Positions 39,101 through 49,881 of a stretch of DNA of 64,000 nt are shown here, piece by piece. The DNA lies in contig JBCCHT010000013.1 in assembly GCA_039028615.1 (NCBI GenBank), positions 96,001 to 160,000 of the forward strand. Direction: 5' to 3'. Made by a program: the position numbers and the translations under genes. Source of the stretch: Myxococcota bacterium (GTDB taxonomy: Bacteria > Myxococcota_A > Polyangia > Nannocystales > Nannocystaceae). The notes beneath the pieces were generated by a model, which was not told where the DNA came from, searched no databases, and saw only the letters and a program-made list of their open reading frames with translations. Every line of letters begins with the position of its first letter. Positions within the stretch are counted from its first letter, which is position 1.

Positions 39101-41418
39101 ACGACGCTTGGTCCGAGGTCTGGCGGGCGCCCGTATTGCGGGCGCTCGACGATCCGGCCCGACGAGCCCTGAGCGCGGCCGGTCGGATCCGAGACCTGCC
39201 GCCGGGGCATCGGATCTTCACCGAGCGCGATCCGGCCGACGCCCTGTACGTGGTGCTCGAGGGCAGCGTGGAGCTTCGGGCCCAGCGGCGTGGCGACGAG
39301 GCGGTGTCGCGACTGCGCACCGCGAGAGGGGGCGATACCTTCGGCGAGGAGGCGCTCGGCGGCGCAGGCTCGCGGCGGGGGCAGGCCTGGACCGAGGACG
39401 CGACGCGCGTGGCCGAGCTGCCCGCGGCCTTGTTTCTGCGCGGGGTGGGGCGCAGTGGAGGCGCGCCCCTGGCCGAGCGAGAGCTGCGAAGGCTGCGGCG
39501 CAACGCCACGGGAGACCTTCTGCGCACGATGGCGGCCACCCGCACGCTGGCCGAGGCCGAGCTCGATCGGGTGATCGATGCCGTCGTGCCCGAGACGCGC
39601 TCGCGCGGCGCCATCATCTACGCCCAGGGAGACCCCGCCGATGGCCTGTGGCTGGTGGTGGACGGGTTGGTGCAGCTCCAGACGGAGACCGACGACAAGA
39701 TCCACGTGCAGGCCTACCTGACCCGGGGCGACGGCTTCGGCGACCAGGAATCGCTGTCGGGCGACACGCGATCCGCCGCGGCGGTGGCGATGGGGGAGAC
39801 CCGGTTGCTGCGCTTGCCCGCATCGGTGCTTCGTAGCCTCGTCGACCGCAATCCGGGCCTGGTCGATGCGATGCGGCGTATCGCCCAGGCTCGCGAGCAG
39901 CGGCAGGTGGAGGCGGTGGGCGGTGCGGCGGCGCGCTCGACCCAACACGTGTTCAAGGACCTGTACCGCATGCAGATGGCCCGCTCGCTGCTGGTCATCG
40001 ACCAGGAATCCTGCGTGCGTTGTGGCCACTGCGCGTGGACCTGCGAGTCGCTGTATGGCGTGTCTCGTTTGGTGCGGCGGGGAGACAAGATCCTCACGCC
40101 GATGGGGGAGGGCGGGGACGCGTTGCACAGCCTGCTGGTGCCCAACTCCTGCCAGCACTGCAAGAACCCGGTGTGCATGATCGACTGCCCCACGGGCGCG
40201 ATCGGTCGTGACCTCGAGGGGGAGGTCTTCATTCGCGACGCGCTGTGCACGGGATGCGGCAACTGTGCCAAGGCGTGCCCCTGGGAGAACATCCGCATGG
40301 CGCCACGGCCCACGGCACCACGTCGCGAGGATCCGGTCGAGGCGTTGTCGGCCGAGCTGGCGACCAAGTGCGATCTGTGTCGCGGCTACGAGGCGCCCGG
40401 GTGCGTGCAGGCCTGTCCCACGGGCTCGCTGGTGCGACTCGACCCGAGCCGCGACGTGGCCGAGGTGGCCGCGGTGCTGGGCACGGGGGCGTCGGCGTCG
40501 GACGACACTCCCGCGATGGCCGGCCGGGCGCGGGTGCACGGGGTGGTGCGGGGCCTCGGTGTCGTGGTCGGCCTCGGTCTCGGCGCGACCGGGCTGCGGC
40601 TGCAGCAGGTCGGCACCTGGGTCCCCGGGCAAGACCAGGGGCTCGTCGCAGGAATCGTGGCGGCGGTCGGCATGCTCGGTTTGCTCTCCTACGCCGCGCC
40701 CAAGCGCATCTCGGGCCTGTGGATGAAGCGTCGGCGCAAGACCAGCGCCGCGCGTCGCCTGGCCGCGCAGTCCGAGGGCCAGACCGAGACGCGCCCCGTG
40801 CCTCGCTCCAAGGTTCGCGGCTGGCTCAGCCTGCACGCGGTGCTCGGCATGCTCACCATGGCTGCGGTGCTCGGGCACGCCGGCCTCCGGGTGCCCAACA
40901 ACCCCGCGGGAAGCCTCGTGGTCGCCTTTTGGGCGGTCTCGGTGCTCGGGATCTTCGGTGCCGTGGTCTATCGCGTGGTGCCCCGTCGCCTCGCTCGGCT
41001 GGAGCGCCGCGGTGACCTCCCCGAGGATCTGAAGGCCGAGCGCCAAGCCCTGCTCGATCGACTCTTCGTGCGGGCCAGCGGTCGCGACGACCTGGTCAAG
41101 ACGATCGCCAGCCGGGTGCTGGTGCCCTATGCCCGCGCCCCGCTGGGACCCTTGCGGCTGCTCGCCTCGGGGCGAAGCCTGGCCGAGGAGCGAGCACGCC
41201 TGACCGTTCGCATCGACACCATGCGGCAGGGCAGGGGCGATGCCCGCCTCGGCGGCCTGGACGAGCTGGTGACCATCGCGGTGCAGCTGCGGGCACTGCC
41301 CTTGCGTCGCGGGTTGACGGCGGGTCTGCGGGGATGGCTGCCGCTGCACATCGTGGTGTCGGCGGTGGCCTTGGCTTTGCTCGGTGTCCATGTGGCGCTG
41401 ATGCTGGGGGGACCGTGA
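39097..41418 (+). CDS. Tandem cNMP-binding + DmsB/NrfC-type 4x[4Fe-4S] + cytochrome-b-like membrane domain protein
   Basis: ATGA overlap with upstream gene; two cNMP domains (GDTFGEEAL, GDGFGD..RSAAAVA); CVRCGHCAWTC, CQHCKNPVCMIDCP, CTGCGNCAKACP, KCDLC..PGCVQACP; TM helices with two H-x13-H pairs. Confidence 0.9.
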   Translation: MNDAWSEVWRAPVLRALDDPARRALSAAGRIRDLPPGHRIFTERDPADALYVVLEGSVELRAQRRGDEAVSRLRTARGGDTFGEEALGGAGSRRGQAWTEDATRVAELPAALFLRGVGRSGGAPLAERELRRLRRNATGDLLRTMAATRTLAEAELDRVIDAVVPETRSRGAIIYAQGDPADGLWLVVDGLVQLQTETDDKIHVQAYLTRGDGFGDQESLSGDTRSAAAVAMGETRLLRLPASVLRSLVDRNPGLVDAMRRIAQAREQRQVEAVGGAAARSTQHVFKDLYRMQMARSLLVIDQESCVRCGHCAWTCESLYGVSRLVRRGDKILTPMGEGGDALHSLLVPNSCQHCKNPVCMIDCPTGAIGRDLEGEVFIRDALCTGCGNCAKACPWENIRMAPRPTAPRREDPVEALSAELATKCDLCRGYEAPGCVQACPTGSLVRLDPSRDVAEVAAVLGTGASASDDTPAMAGRARVHGVVRGLGVVVGLGLGATGLRLQQVGTWVPGQDQGLVAGIVAAVGMLGLLSYAAPKRISGLWMKRRRKTSAARRLAAQSEGQTETRPVPRSKVRGWLSLHAVLGMLTMAAVLGHAGLRVPNNPAGSLVVAFWAVSVLGIFGAVVYRVVPRRLARLERRGDLPEDLKAERQALLDRLFVRASGRDDLVKTIASRVLVPYARAPLGPLRLLASGRSLAEERARLTVRIDTMRQGRGDARLGGLDELVTIAVQLRALPLRRGLTAGLRGWLPLHIVVSAVALALLGVHVALMLGGP

Positions 41419-43496
41419 GCGAGCCGTCGCCGCCCTCCGAGGGCATGTTCTCGGCGCCCGCGTCCAGCGTAGGGCGGCGTCGGACCGCGCCTCGGGCCGA
41501 GCACACGAGCGACGTGCTGCGCTTCCGTGGCGTGTTGGTGGCGGCCGTGGGCGCAGCGTTGGCCATCGTGGCGGCGGTGGTGGGCAGCGTCGATCCGGTG
41601 CGCAGTCGATCTCCGGGGCCCTTGTCTCGCCCCCACGTCGCGGCGCAGCTGAGCTGTGCGAGCTGCCACGTGGACGAACAACCGATCGTGGACCAGTGCG
41701 TCGGGTGCCATGGTCCGCACCCCTCGGTGCGACCGGGTCATCGACGCCTGGCGCAGGCAGGCACCCTACGCTGCTACGACTGCCATGCGGTCCATGTCGA
41801 CAACGGCGGCGTGGCGTTCACGCCCGAGGGCGCCGTGTGGCGCTATGGCCCGGGGTCCGAGCAGCGCGTCCCGGACCTGCCGGGGCCCAGCGAGCTGGCG
41901 AAGGAACAGCGCGTGCCCGTGGTGCCCTTGGCTCGTTGCGCCCGCTGCCATCGCACCAACGCCCCGCTCGATCCGATGGGGCGCTGCGCCATCGGGTCCG
42001 ACGAGCAACTCGGGGAGGCGCGCCCCACCGTGTGCTTCGACGAACATCGAGCCTTTGCCACCGACGCGTTTTCCGGGGGCGAAGCGGTCTACGAGCGCTC
42101 CCGGCTGTGGGCGGTCGCCCGCGAGGCGGTCGCCCGAGTGCCCGTGCTGCCCCCACCGAAACGCGAAGGCCCCGGCTCCTGGTGGTGGCTCTTGCTCGCA
42201 GGCGGCGTCGGTCTGCTGTCCTGGGGCATGGTGCGGATCGGGGCTCGGTGGTTCGGGCGCCGGACAACCTCCACCACGACCACCCCGGTCGAGCCCCCCA
42301 AGATCCGCCGACTCCCGCAGATCGACACCACGACGTGCATTGGCTGCCACGCCTGCGTCGATGCCTGCCCCTACGACGTGCTCGAGGTCCGCAGCTTCGT
42401 GGCCCACGTCGTGCGCCCCGACGATTGCTGCGGGCTGACCCTGTGCGAGCAACGCTGCCCCAACGGCTCGCTGGTGATCACCGATGGCGAGCCCATCGAA
42501 GACCGCCCCCGCGTCGACGAGCACCTCCAGTCCATCGACACGCCTGGGGTCTTCGTGGCCGGCGACCTCACCGGGCTGCCGCTCATCCGCAACGCGATCA
42601 ACCAGGGCTCGCAGGCGGCCGCGGCCGCGATCGAGAGCCTCCGCGGCGAGCCCCGGTCCGGCGATGCGGAGCGGCTCGACCTGCTGATCGTGGGCTCGGG
42701 CCCGGCCGGGCTCAGCGCGTCCTTGGCCGCGACCGAAGCCAACCTGAAGTACGCCACCCTCGAGCAGGGCAGCGTGGCCGAGAGCATCCAGTCGTTCCCG
42801 CGCGGCAAGCTCGTGTTCGATCAGCCCCTGGGGCTGCCGCTCGAGGGCGATCTGTGGCTGCGCGAGTCGACCAAAGAAGAGCTGCTGGGGCAGTGGCGCC
42901 GCATCATTCGCGCCCGCGGGCTGGCCATCCACGAGCACACCCGCGTGGTCTCCATCGATGCGCGGCCCGGCGAGCATCCCTCGTTCGAGATCGAGGCCAG
43001 CACCCACGAGGGCCCACGGCAGTGGCGAGCGCGTCGGGTGATCCTCGCGCTCGGCCGCCGCGGGACGCCGCGCAAGCTCGCCGTGTCCATCCCCGAGGCG
43101 GTGGCGTCCCGGGTGCACTACAGCATGGCCGACGCCCGCAGCTTCGCCGGCCAGCGGGTGGTGGTGGTGGGGCTCGGTGACGTGGCCATGGAGGCCGCGG
43201 TGGCGCTGGCGCGACAGCCCGGCACCACCGTCACGATCTCGTATCGGGGCGACGACTTCCGCCGCGGCAAGGGGCGCAACATCGAGCAGGTCCAGCGCCT
43301 GGTGGCAGCGGAGCGCATCGACCTACGCCTGGGCACCGAGGTCCAGGCGGTGACCGAAGACGCCGTGACCCTCAGCCACGCGGACGGGCCCGTCGAGCTG
43401 CCCTGGGACACGCTGCTGGTCATGATCGGCTCCAAGGCGCCTTGGGCCTTTCTGGAAGCGGCAGGGGTCCGACGCGGCCGCGCGCCGTCGCTTTGA
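41415..43496 (+). CDS. Multiheme cytochrome c + ferredoxin + FAD/NAD(P)H oxidoreductase fusion
   Basis: GTGA overlap; TM, SPGPLSRPH, CASCH/CVGCH/CYDCH/CARCH, TM, CIGCHACVDACP and CCGLTLCEQRCP, PGVFVAGD, IVGSGPAG, VVGLGDVAME. Confidence 0.9.
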   Translation: MSEPSPPSEGMFSAPASSVGRRRTAPRAEHTSDVLRFRGVLVAAVGAALAIVAAVVGSVDPVRSRSPGPLSRPHVAAQLSCASCHVDEQPIVDQCVGCHGPHPSVRPGHRRLAQAGTLRCYDCHAVHVDNGGVAFTPEGAVWRYGPGSEQRVPDLPGPSELAKEQRVPVVPLARCARCHRTNAPLDPMGRCAIGSDEQLGEARPTVCFDEHRAFATDAFSGGEAVYERSRLWAVAREAVARVPVLPPPKREGPGSWWWLLLAGGVGLLSWGMVRIGARWFGRRTTSTTTTPVEPPKIRRLPQIDTTTCIGCHACVDACPYDVLEVRSFVAHVVRPDDCCGLTLCEQRCPNGSLVITDGEPIEDRPRVDEHLQSIDTPGVFVAGDLTGLPLIRNAINQGSQAAAAAIESLRGEPRSGDAERLDLLIVGSGPAGLSASLAATEANLKYATLEQGSVAESIQSFPRGKLVFDQPLGLPLEGDLWLRESTKEELLGQWRRIIRARGLAIHEHTRVVSIDARPGEHPSFEIEASTHEGPRQWRARRVILALGRRGTPRKLAVSIPEAVASRVHYSMADARSFAGQRVVVVGLGDVAMEAAVALARQPGTTVTISYRGDDFRRGKGRNIEQVQRLVAAERIDLRLGTEVQAVTEDAVTLSHADGPVELPWDTLLVMIGSKAPWAFLEAAGVRRGRAPSL

Positions 43497-43638
43497 CGGG
43501 CCCCGAAGTCCGGTCGACGCCGTGCCTCCAGCTGGCGTAAAATGCGCAAACGCTTGGTGTCGCAGGCCCGTCAGATCGACGGTGCTCGTCGTGCGTATCG
43601 ACCTCCGGGCGCGTTTGTTGCGCAAGGGAGTCGTCACC

Positions 43639-45147
43639 ATGAAGCTCGGGACCGTCGCGTTGCTCTCCACCTTGGGGATGGCCCTCACCAGTATGAGCGT
43701 GTGGGCCCTGACCCCGCCGACGGGCGGCCAATCGGGTTCTCCGGCCCCGCAAACGGCTGCCGCGGCGGTCCGGCCCTCCACCGGGGGCGGCGGAGGGGGC
43801 AGCTTGCTCGCCGATCTCGTGGGGGGCTCCGACGGCGCGACCTTCACCTCGGGCTCGACCCTCATGCTCGAGGGGCGCCTGGGTCATCCCACCGTCGATG
43901 GCGCCCGCGACAACGAGACCTTCCTGATGCTCAACGTGGCCGCGGCCGCCGAGGAGCTGGCCTCGACGCCAGCCCCGGTCAACCTCTCCATCGTCATCGA
44001 TCGCTCCCGCTCGATGGAGGGTCGACGCCTCGACAATGCTCTGTCCGCCGCACGGGGCATGATTCGCCGCCTTCGCGATGGCGACACGGTCAGCGTCGTC
44101 ACCTACAACACCGACACCTCGGTGGTGGTCCCGGCCACCGTGCTCGACCGCCGCACCCGCGAGAGCGTGCTGTTCTCGTTGCGTGGCGTCGAGGCCCGCG
44201 GCCATACCTGCATCTCCTGCGGCATCGAGACCGGCCTCGACACCATGGGCCAGCGCCCCGGGGTCTCCCGCATGCTGCTGCTCAGCGACGGCGAGGCCAA
44301 CTCGGGCATTCGCGACGTGCCGGGCTTCCGCACCCTGGCCGAGAAGGCCCGCAGCCGCGAGGTCGCCATCAGCTCCATCGGCGTCGACGTCGACTACAAC
44401 GAGCGAGTCATGTTCGCGGTGGCCCAAAGCTCCAACGGCCGCCACTACTTCGTGGAGAACGAGGCCGGGCTACCTCGCATCTTCGACGAAGAGCTCGACA
44501 GTCTGGTCCGCACGGTAGCCAACCGGGCCGAGGTCGAGGTCGACCTGGCGCCGGGCGTGGAGGTCCTCGAGGTGCTCGACCGCAGCTTCACCCGCGATGG
44601 CAACCGAGTCTTTGTGCCCTTTGGTGCCTTCGCGATGGGGGACACCAAGACCCTGCTCATGCGGGTGAGGGTCCCTCGCGGTCAGTCGGGCGACCTGCCC
44701 GTGGCCGAGGTGAAGATGCGCTACGAAGACCTCACCCGGTCTCGCCCCGGTCTTTGCGAGGGCTCGCTCATCGCCCAGCGCACCGACGATCCGGCGAAGG
44801 CCGATCCCCTCGATCCGATCGTCGAGGCCCGGCTGGCGCGGGCCGAGACCGGCGCCGCGCTGCGTCGCGCCAACGAGCTGTTCAACGAGGGCGACATCGA
44901 AGGGGCCCGACGCACGCTGGGCAGCAGCACCGGTCGCATTCAGAAGCGCCGTCGGGCCAGCCGCAACAAGGCGAAGAAGGCGGATCAGCCCCTGCTCGAC
45001 CAGGACTTCGAGCGTCAGCTCAGCACGCTCGAGCAAGCGCAGAAGGGCTTCGAGGAGGCGGCCTCCGAGGCCGCGCCGACCAGCAGTCGCCGCGGCAAGG
45101 CCCAGGTGCGGAGCAACGCCAGCTCTCTGGACGAACTCGGCCTGTAG
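43639..45147 (+). CDS. Secreted von Willebrand factor A (YfbK-like) protein
   Basis: AAGGGAG RBS; signal peptide; NLSIVIDRSRSM MIDAS, LLLSDGEAN, SIGVDVDYNE; helical C-terminus. Confidence 0.9.
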   Translation: MKLGTVALLSTLGMALTSMSVWALTPPTGGQSGSPAPQTAAAAVRPSTGGGGGGSLLADLVGGSDGATFTSGSTLMLEGRLGHPTVDGARDNETFLMLNVAAAAEELASTPAPVNLSIVIDRSRSMEGRRLDNALSAARGMIRRLRDGDTVSVVTYNTDTSVVVPATVLDRRTRESVLFSLRGVEARGHTCISCGIETGLDTMGQRPGVSRMLLLSDGEANSGIRDVPGFRTLAEKARSREVAISSIGVDVDYNERVMFAVAQSSNGRHYFVENEAGLPRIFDEELDSLVRTVANRAEVEVDLAPGVEVLEVLDRSFTRDGNRVFVPFGAFAMGDTKTLLMRVRVPRGQSGDLPVAEVKMRYEDLTRSRPGLCEGSLIAQRTDDPAKADPLDPIVEARLARAETGAALRRANELFNEGDIEGARRTLGSSTGRIQKRRRASRNKAKKADQPLLDQDFERQLSTLEQAQKGFEEAASEAAPTSSRRGKAQVRSNASSLDELGL

Positions 45148-45318
45148 CGGCCGGGTGCTCACGGTGCCGCGGCGGAGCGAGCGGCCGCGGTTCGGATGGT
45201 AGGCGACTGTGGGCGAGGGGACGGGCCGCCGTCTGAACACGGACGAGCCTCACGCACGGATTTGTCGCGCTTGCCCTGGTCTTTGGGCCAGGGGCAGGTA
45301 TCATCGTGCGCCCGAACC

Positions 45319-45777
45319 ATGCAGGTCGCAGTCGGAAAAGACGTCGAAGCAGTCTGTCGCAAGTGTGGCGAGGTCTGGCACGTCATCGTAGCCGTCGAGA
45401 CGGGCAAGATCATGAAGGTCCAATGCAAGCAATGCATGGCCTATCACCGCTACAAGCCCCCCGAGGGTGAGGCCCGGGTCGATGCCGCCCCGCGCCGCCG
45501 CGCCGCGTCGAGCTCCACCGCCACCAAGAAGAAGACGACTCGGAAGAAGACGGCGAAGAAGAAGGCGAAGAAGTCGCCCTACGACGAGCCGCTGACCGAG
45601 CCCGATCTTTCGCGGCCGATTCGGCCCTACAACATGAACGATCGCTACCAGCCGGGTGATCGCGTGCAGCACCGCAAGTTCGGCGAGGGCGTGGTCGAGA
45701 TCATCACCGGCCAGGGCAAGATGAACGTCTTCTTCGAGGACGGCCGCAAGACCTTGGCCCACGACCGGGGCGGCTAG
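45319..45777 (+). CDS. Zn-ribbon + Tudor-like small protein
   Basis: CRKC..H....CKQC...H N-terminus; Lys-rich linker; YQPGDRVQHRKFGEGVV resembling the PcrA/UvrD C-terminal Tudor-like domain. Confidence 0.75.
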   Translation: MQVAVGKDVEAVCRKCGEVWHVIVAVETGKIMKVQCKQCMAYHRYKPPEGEARVDAAPRRRAASSSTATKKKTTRKKTAKKKAKKSPYDEPLTEPDLSRPIRPYNMNDRYQPGDRVQHRKFGEGVVEIITGQGKMNVFFEDGRKTLAHDRGG

Positions 45778-45858
45778 TCGCCTCAGCTCGTCTCATCGTT
45801 GCCGCCGTCGGGCCCGTCGTGACCCGCGGCGGCTTCGCAATTGGCCTCGGGGCGTCGC

Positions 45859-46980
45859 CTACGGGTACTGGGCCCGCAGGTCCAGGGCGTCGAAGTAGCC
45901 GTCGCAGAAGCTGCCGGCCGCCTTGCGGCAGTTGGCCTCGACACGAATGGTGCGGGTGCCCGCGGGGACGATCCGGGACTCGTCGAATTGCGTCCACGCG
46001 TTCGTCGACGTCCAGTCCATGGTCCACGTCTCGAGGTTCGCTCCGCCGCCGTCGCGGTAGAAGATGCGGAAGCGGATCTCGTCGTTGTTGAATTCGAGCG
46101 AGCGAGCGAAGCCGCTGAAGGCAAAGCGCATGGCCCCCGCATCGATGGTGGCCGCCCACGCGTCGGCGGCCACGTCCTGTCGTAGCCGGAACGCTTCGTT
46201 GTTGGGGCCCCCGGCGGCCACGATGAAGTTCGAGCCTTCCTGCGGGGTGAGCCAGCCTCCCGTGGTCCAGCCCCCGACCACCGCGGTCCAACTCAGCGGG
46301 GGCTCGCCTCCGTCCTCCCCGCCGGGGTTGGCCAGCAAGTTGCCGCTCTGGCCCTGTCCGCCGCCGCTGAGGGGCCGCTCGGCGTCGCTGGCCGCGTCGT
46401 AGGACACGGCGACCATGCCGTCGTAAAGGCCCAGATCCTGCGGGCTGAAGCGAACCTCCAGCGTGCACTCCTCCCCCGGATCGAGGGTCTCGCCACACGA
46501 GCCTCCGTTGCCGGGGTAGCTGCCCCCGTTGAAGTCGAAGTCGGCGCCCGTGGTCGAGCCCGACATGCCCGTCGCCGTCCCGTCGCCACCGTTGGTCACG
46601 GTGAACACGTGGAGTTCTTGCTGCTGGATCGGCACGTTGCCGAAATCGAAGACCGAGCCGTCGGAAATCTCGAGGGCGGCGGCCCCTGGATCGTCTCCGG
46701 TGCCCACGGTGGTGTCTTCGCCGGGGCCCGTGTCGGGATCGGTGGTCGCGGGCGGGGGGTCGTCGTCGTTACCCGTGCCTGCGGGGGCAGTGGAGGAACC
46801 GTCATTGCCGGGGGTGTCGCTCGTGGCCATCCCCATGCTGGTCGCGCTCGAAGTCGCTCCGTCCGAAGTACTGCCGACCGGGTCGCCCACGGTATTGGCC
46901 GCGGCTGTGCCCGCCCCATCCGCGTTGAGCTGACACGCCATCAATGGAAGCAGCAAGCATGTCCCGCAATACAGTCGCAT
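45859..46980 (-). CDS. Lipoprotein with ASH/choice-of-anchor-D Ig-like domain and C-terminal carbohydrate-binding-like domain
   Basis: Lipobox LMA-C; Thr/Ser/Asp linker; FDFGNV...FTVTNGG..CG.TL.PG.ECT.EVRFSP; NLLANPGGE...W. Confidence 0.7.
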   Translation of the reverse strand: MRLYCGTCLLLPLMACQLNADGAGTAAANTVGDPVGSTSDGATSSATSMGMATSDTPGNDGSSTAPAGTGNDDDPPPATTDPDTGPGEDTTVGTGDDPGAAALEISDGSVFDFGNVPIQQQELHVFTVTNGGDGTATGMSGSTTGADFDFNGGSYPGNGGSCGETLDPGEECTLEVRFSPQDLGLYDGMVAVSYDAASDAERPLSGGGQGQSGNLLANPGGEDGGEPPLSWTAVVGGWTTGGWLTPQEGSNFIVAAGGPNNEAFRLRQDVAADAWAATIDAGAMRFAFSGFARSLEFNNDEIRFRIFYRDGGGANLETWTMDWTSTNAWTQFDESRIVPAGTRTIRVEANCRKAAGSFCDGYFDALDLRAQYP

Positions 46981-47084
46981 CTAGCCATGAACGTACCATG
47001 GCCGGCCGTCGGATGGCCCTGCGCGGCCCATCCGTGGCTCGATTGTCGACGCGGGTGACGAAATTCGAGTGGGCCAGCTCGACG

Positions 47085-47396
47085 CTAGGACTTGCTGCCG
47101 CCACGACATGGCGGTGAGTCGGGGATCTGCTCCCCCCGGTCGGACCATTGCTTGCGGGTATAGGCGTGGATCGACAGTGCGTGCACGCTGCCCGCGAGTT
47201 CGTCGGCCAGGGCCGCGTTGATTTTGCGGTGGCGGCGCACGAGCGGCACACCATCGAAGCCGTCGGCGACGATGAGGACCTTGAAGTGGCTCTCGGTCGC
47301 CGGCCCGCTGTGCATGTGGCTCTCGTTGATCACCTCGAGGGCGGCGGGCGCCAGGGCGTCCACGAGCTTGTCGTAGATCTGCTGCTGCATCGACAT
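47085..47396 (-). CDS. bolA: BolA-family protein
   Basis: LEVINESHMH, ESHFKV, F.G..LVRRHR.I...L, HALSI, SPPCRGG. Confidence 0.93.
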   Translation of the reverse strand: MSMQQQIYDKLVDALAPAALEVINESHMHSGPATESHFKVLIVADGFDGVPLVRRHRKINAALADELAGSVHALSIHAYTRKQWSDRGEQIPDSPPCRGGSKS

Positions 47397-47409
47397 GGGG
47401 CGCCGTTCC

Positions 47410-49677
<2,268 letters not shown>

Positions 49678-49881
49678 GGGCGGTCCCCAGTCGCGTCCTG
49701 ACCGACCGGTAGGCAGTGCGACTTCCGGGCCTATACCATAGGTCAGAGGCTCTGGCCCGGGTTTGTTCCGCGAATCGGCGCTCGCTCGCAGCTAGCGCCG
49801 AACTGGCAGTGGAGCTACTGTGAAAGAGATTGCCGACCATGGCGTGACCGCGCAGCATGCGCCAAGTACGATGAACCACCT

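Noticed and set aside
36158..41391. Very long antisense ORFs (960 aa and 798 aa) over the redox cluster, and similar ones elsewhere (e.g. 32079-34268, 58504-60564)
   Set aside because: Expected shadow ORFs in ~70% GC DNA; no motifs, and they lie opposite or overlap well-supported genes
42336..42350. CIGCH as a fifth heme-c motif in the 41415 protein
   Set aside because: It is part of the ferredoxin motif CxxCxxCxxxCP and lies on the predicted cytoplasmic side after the second TM
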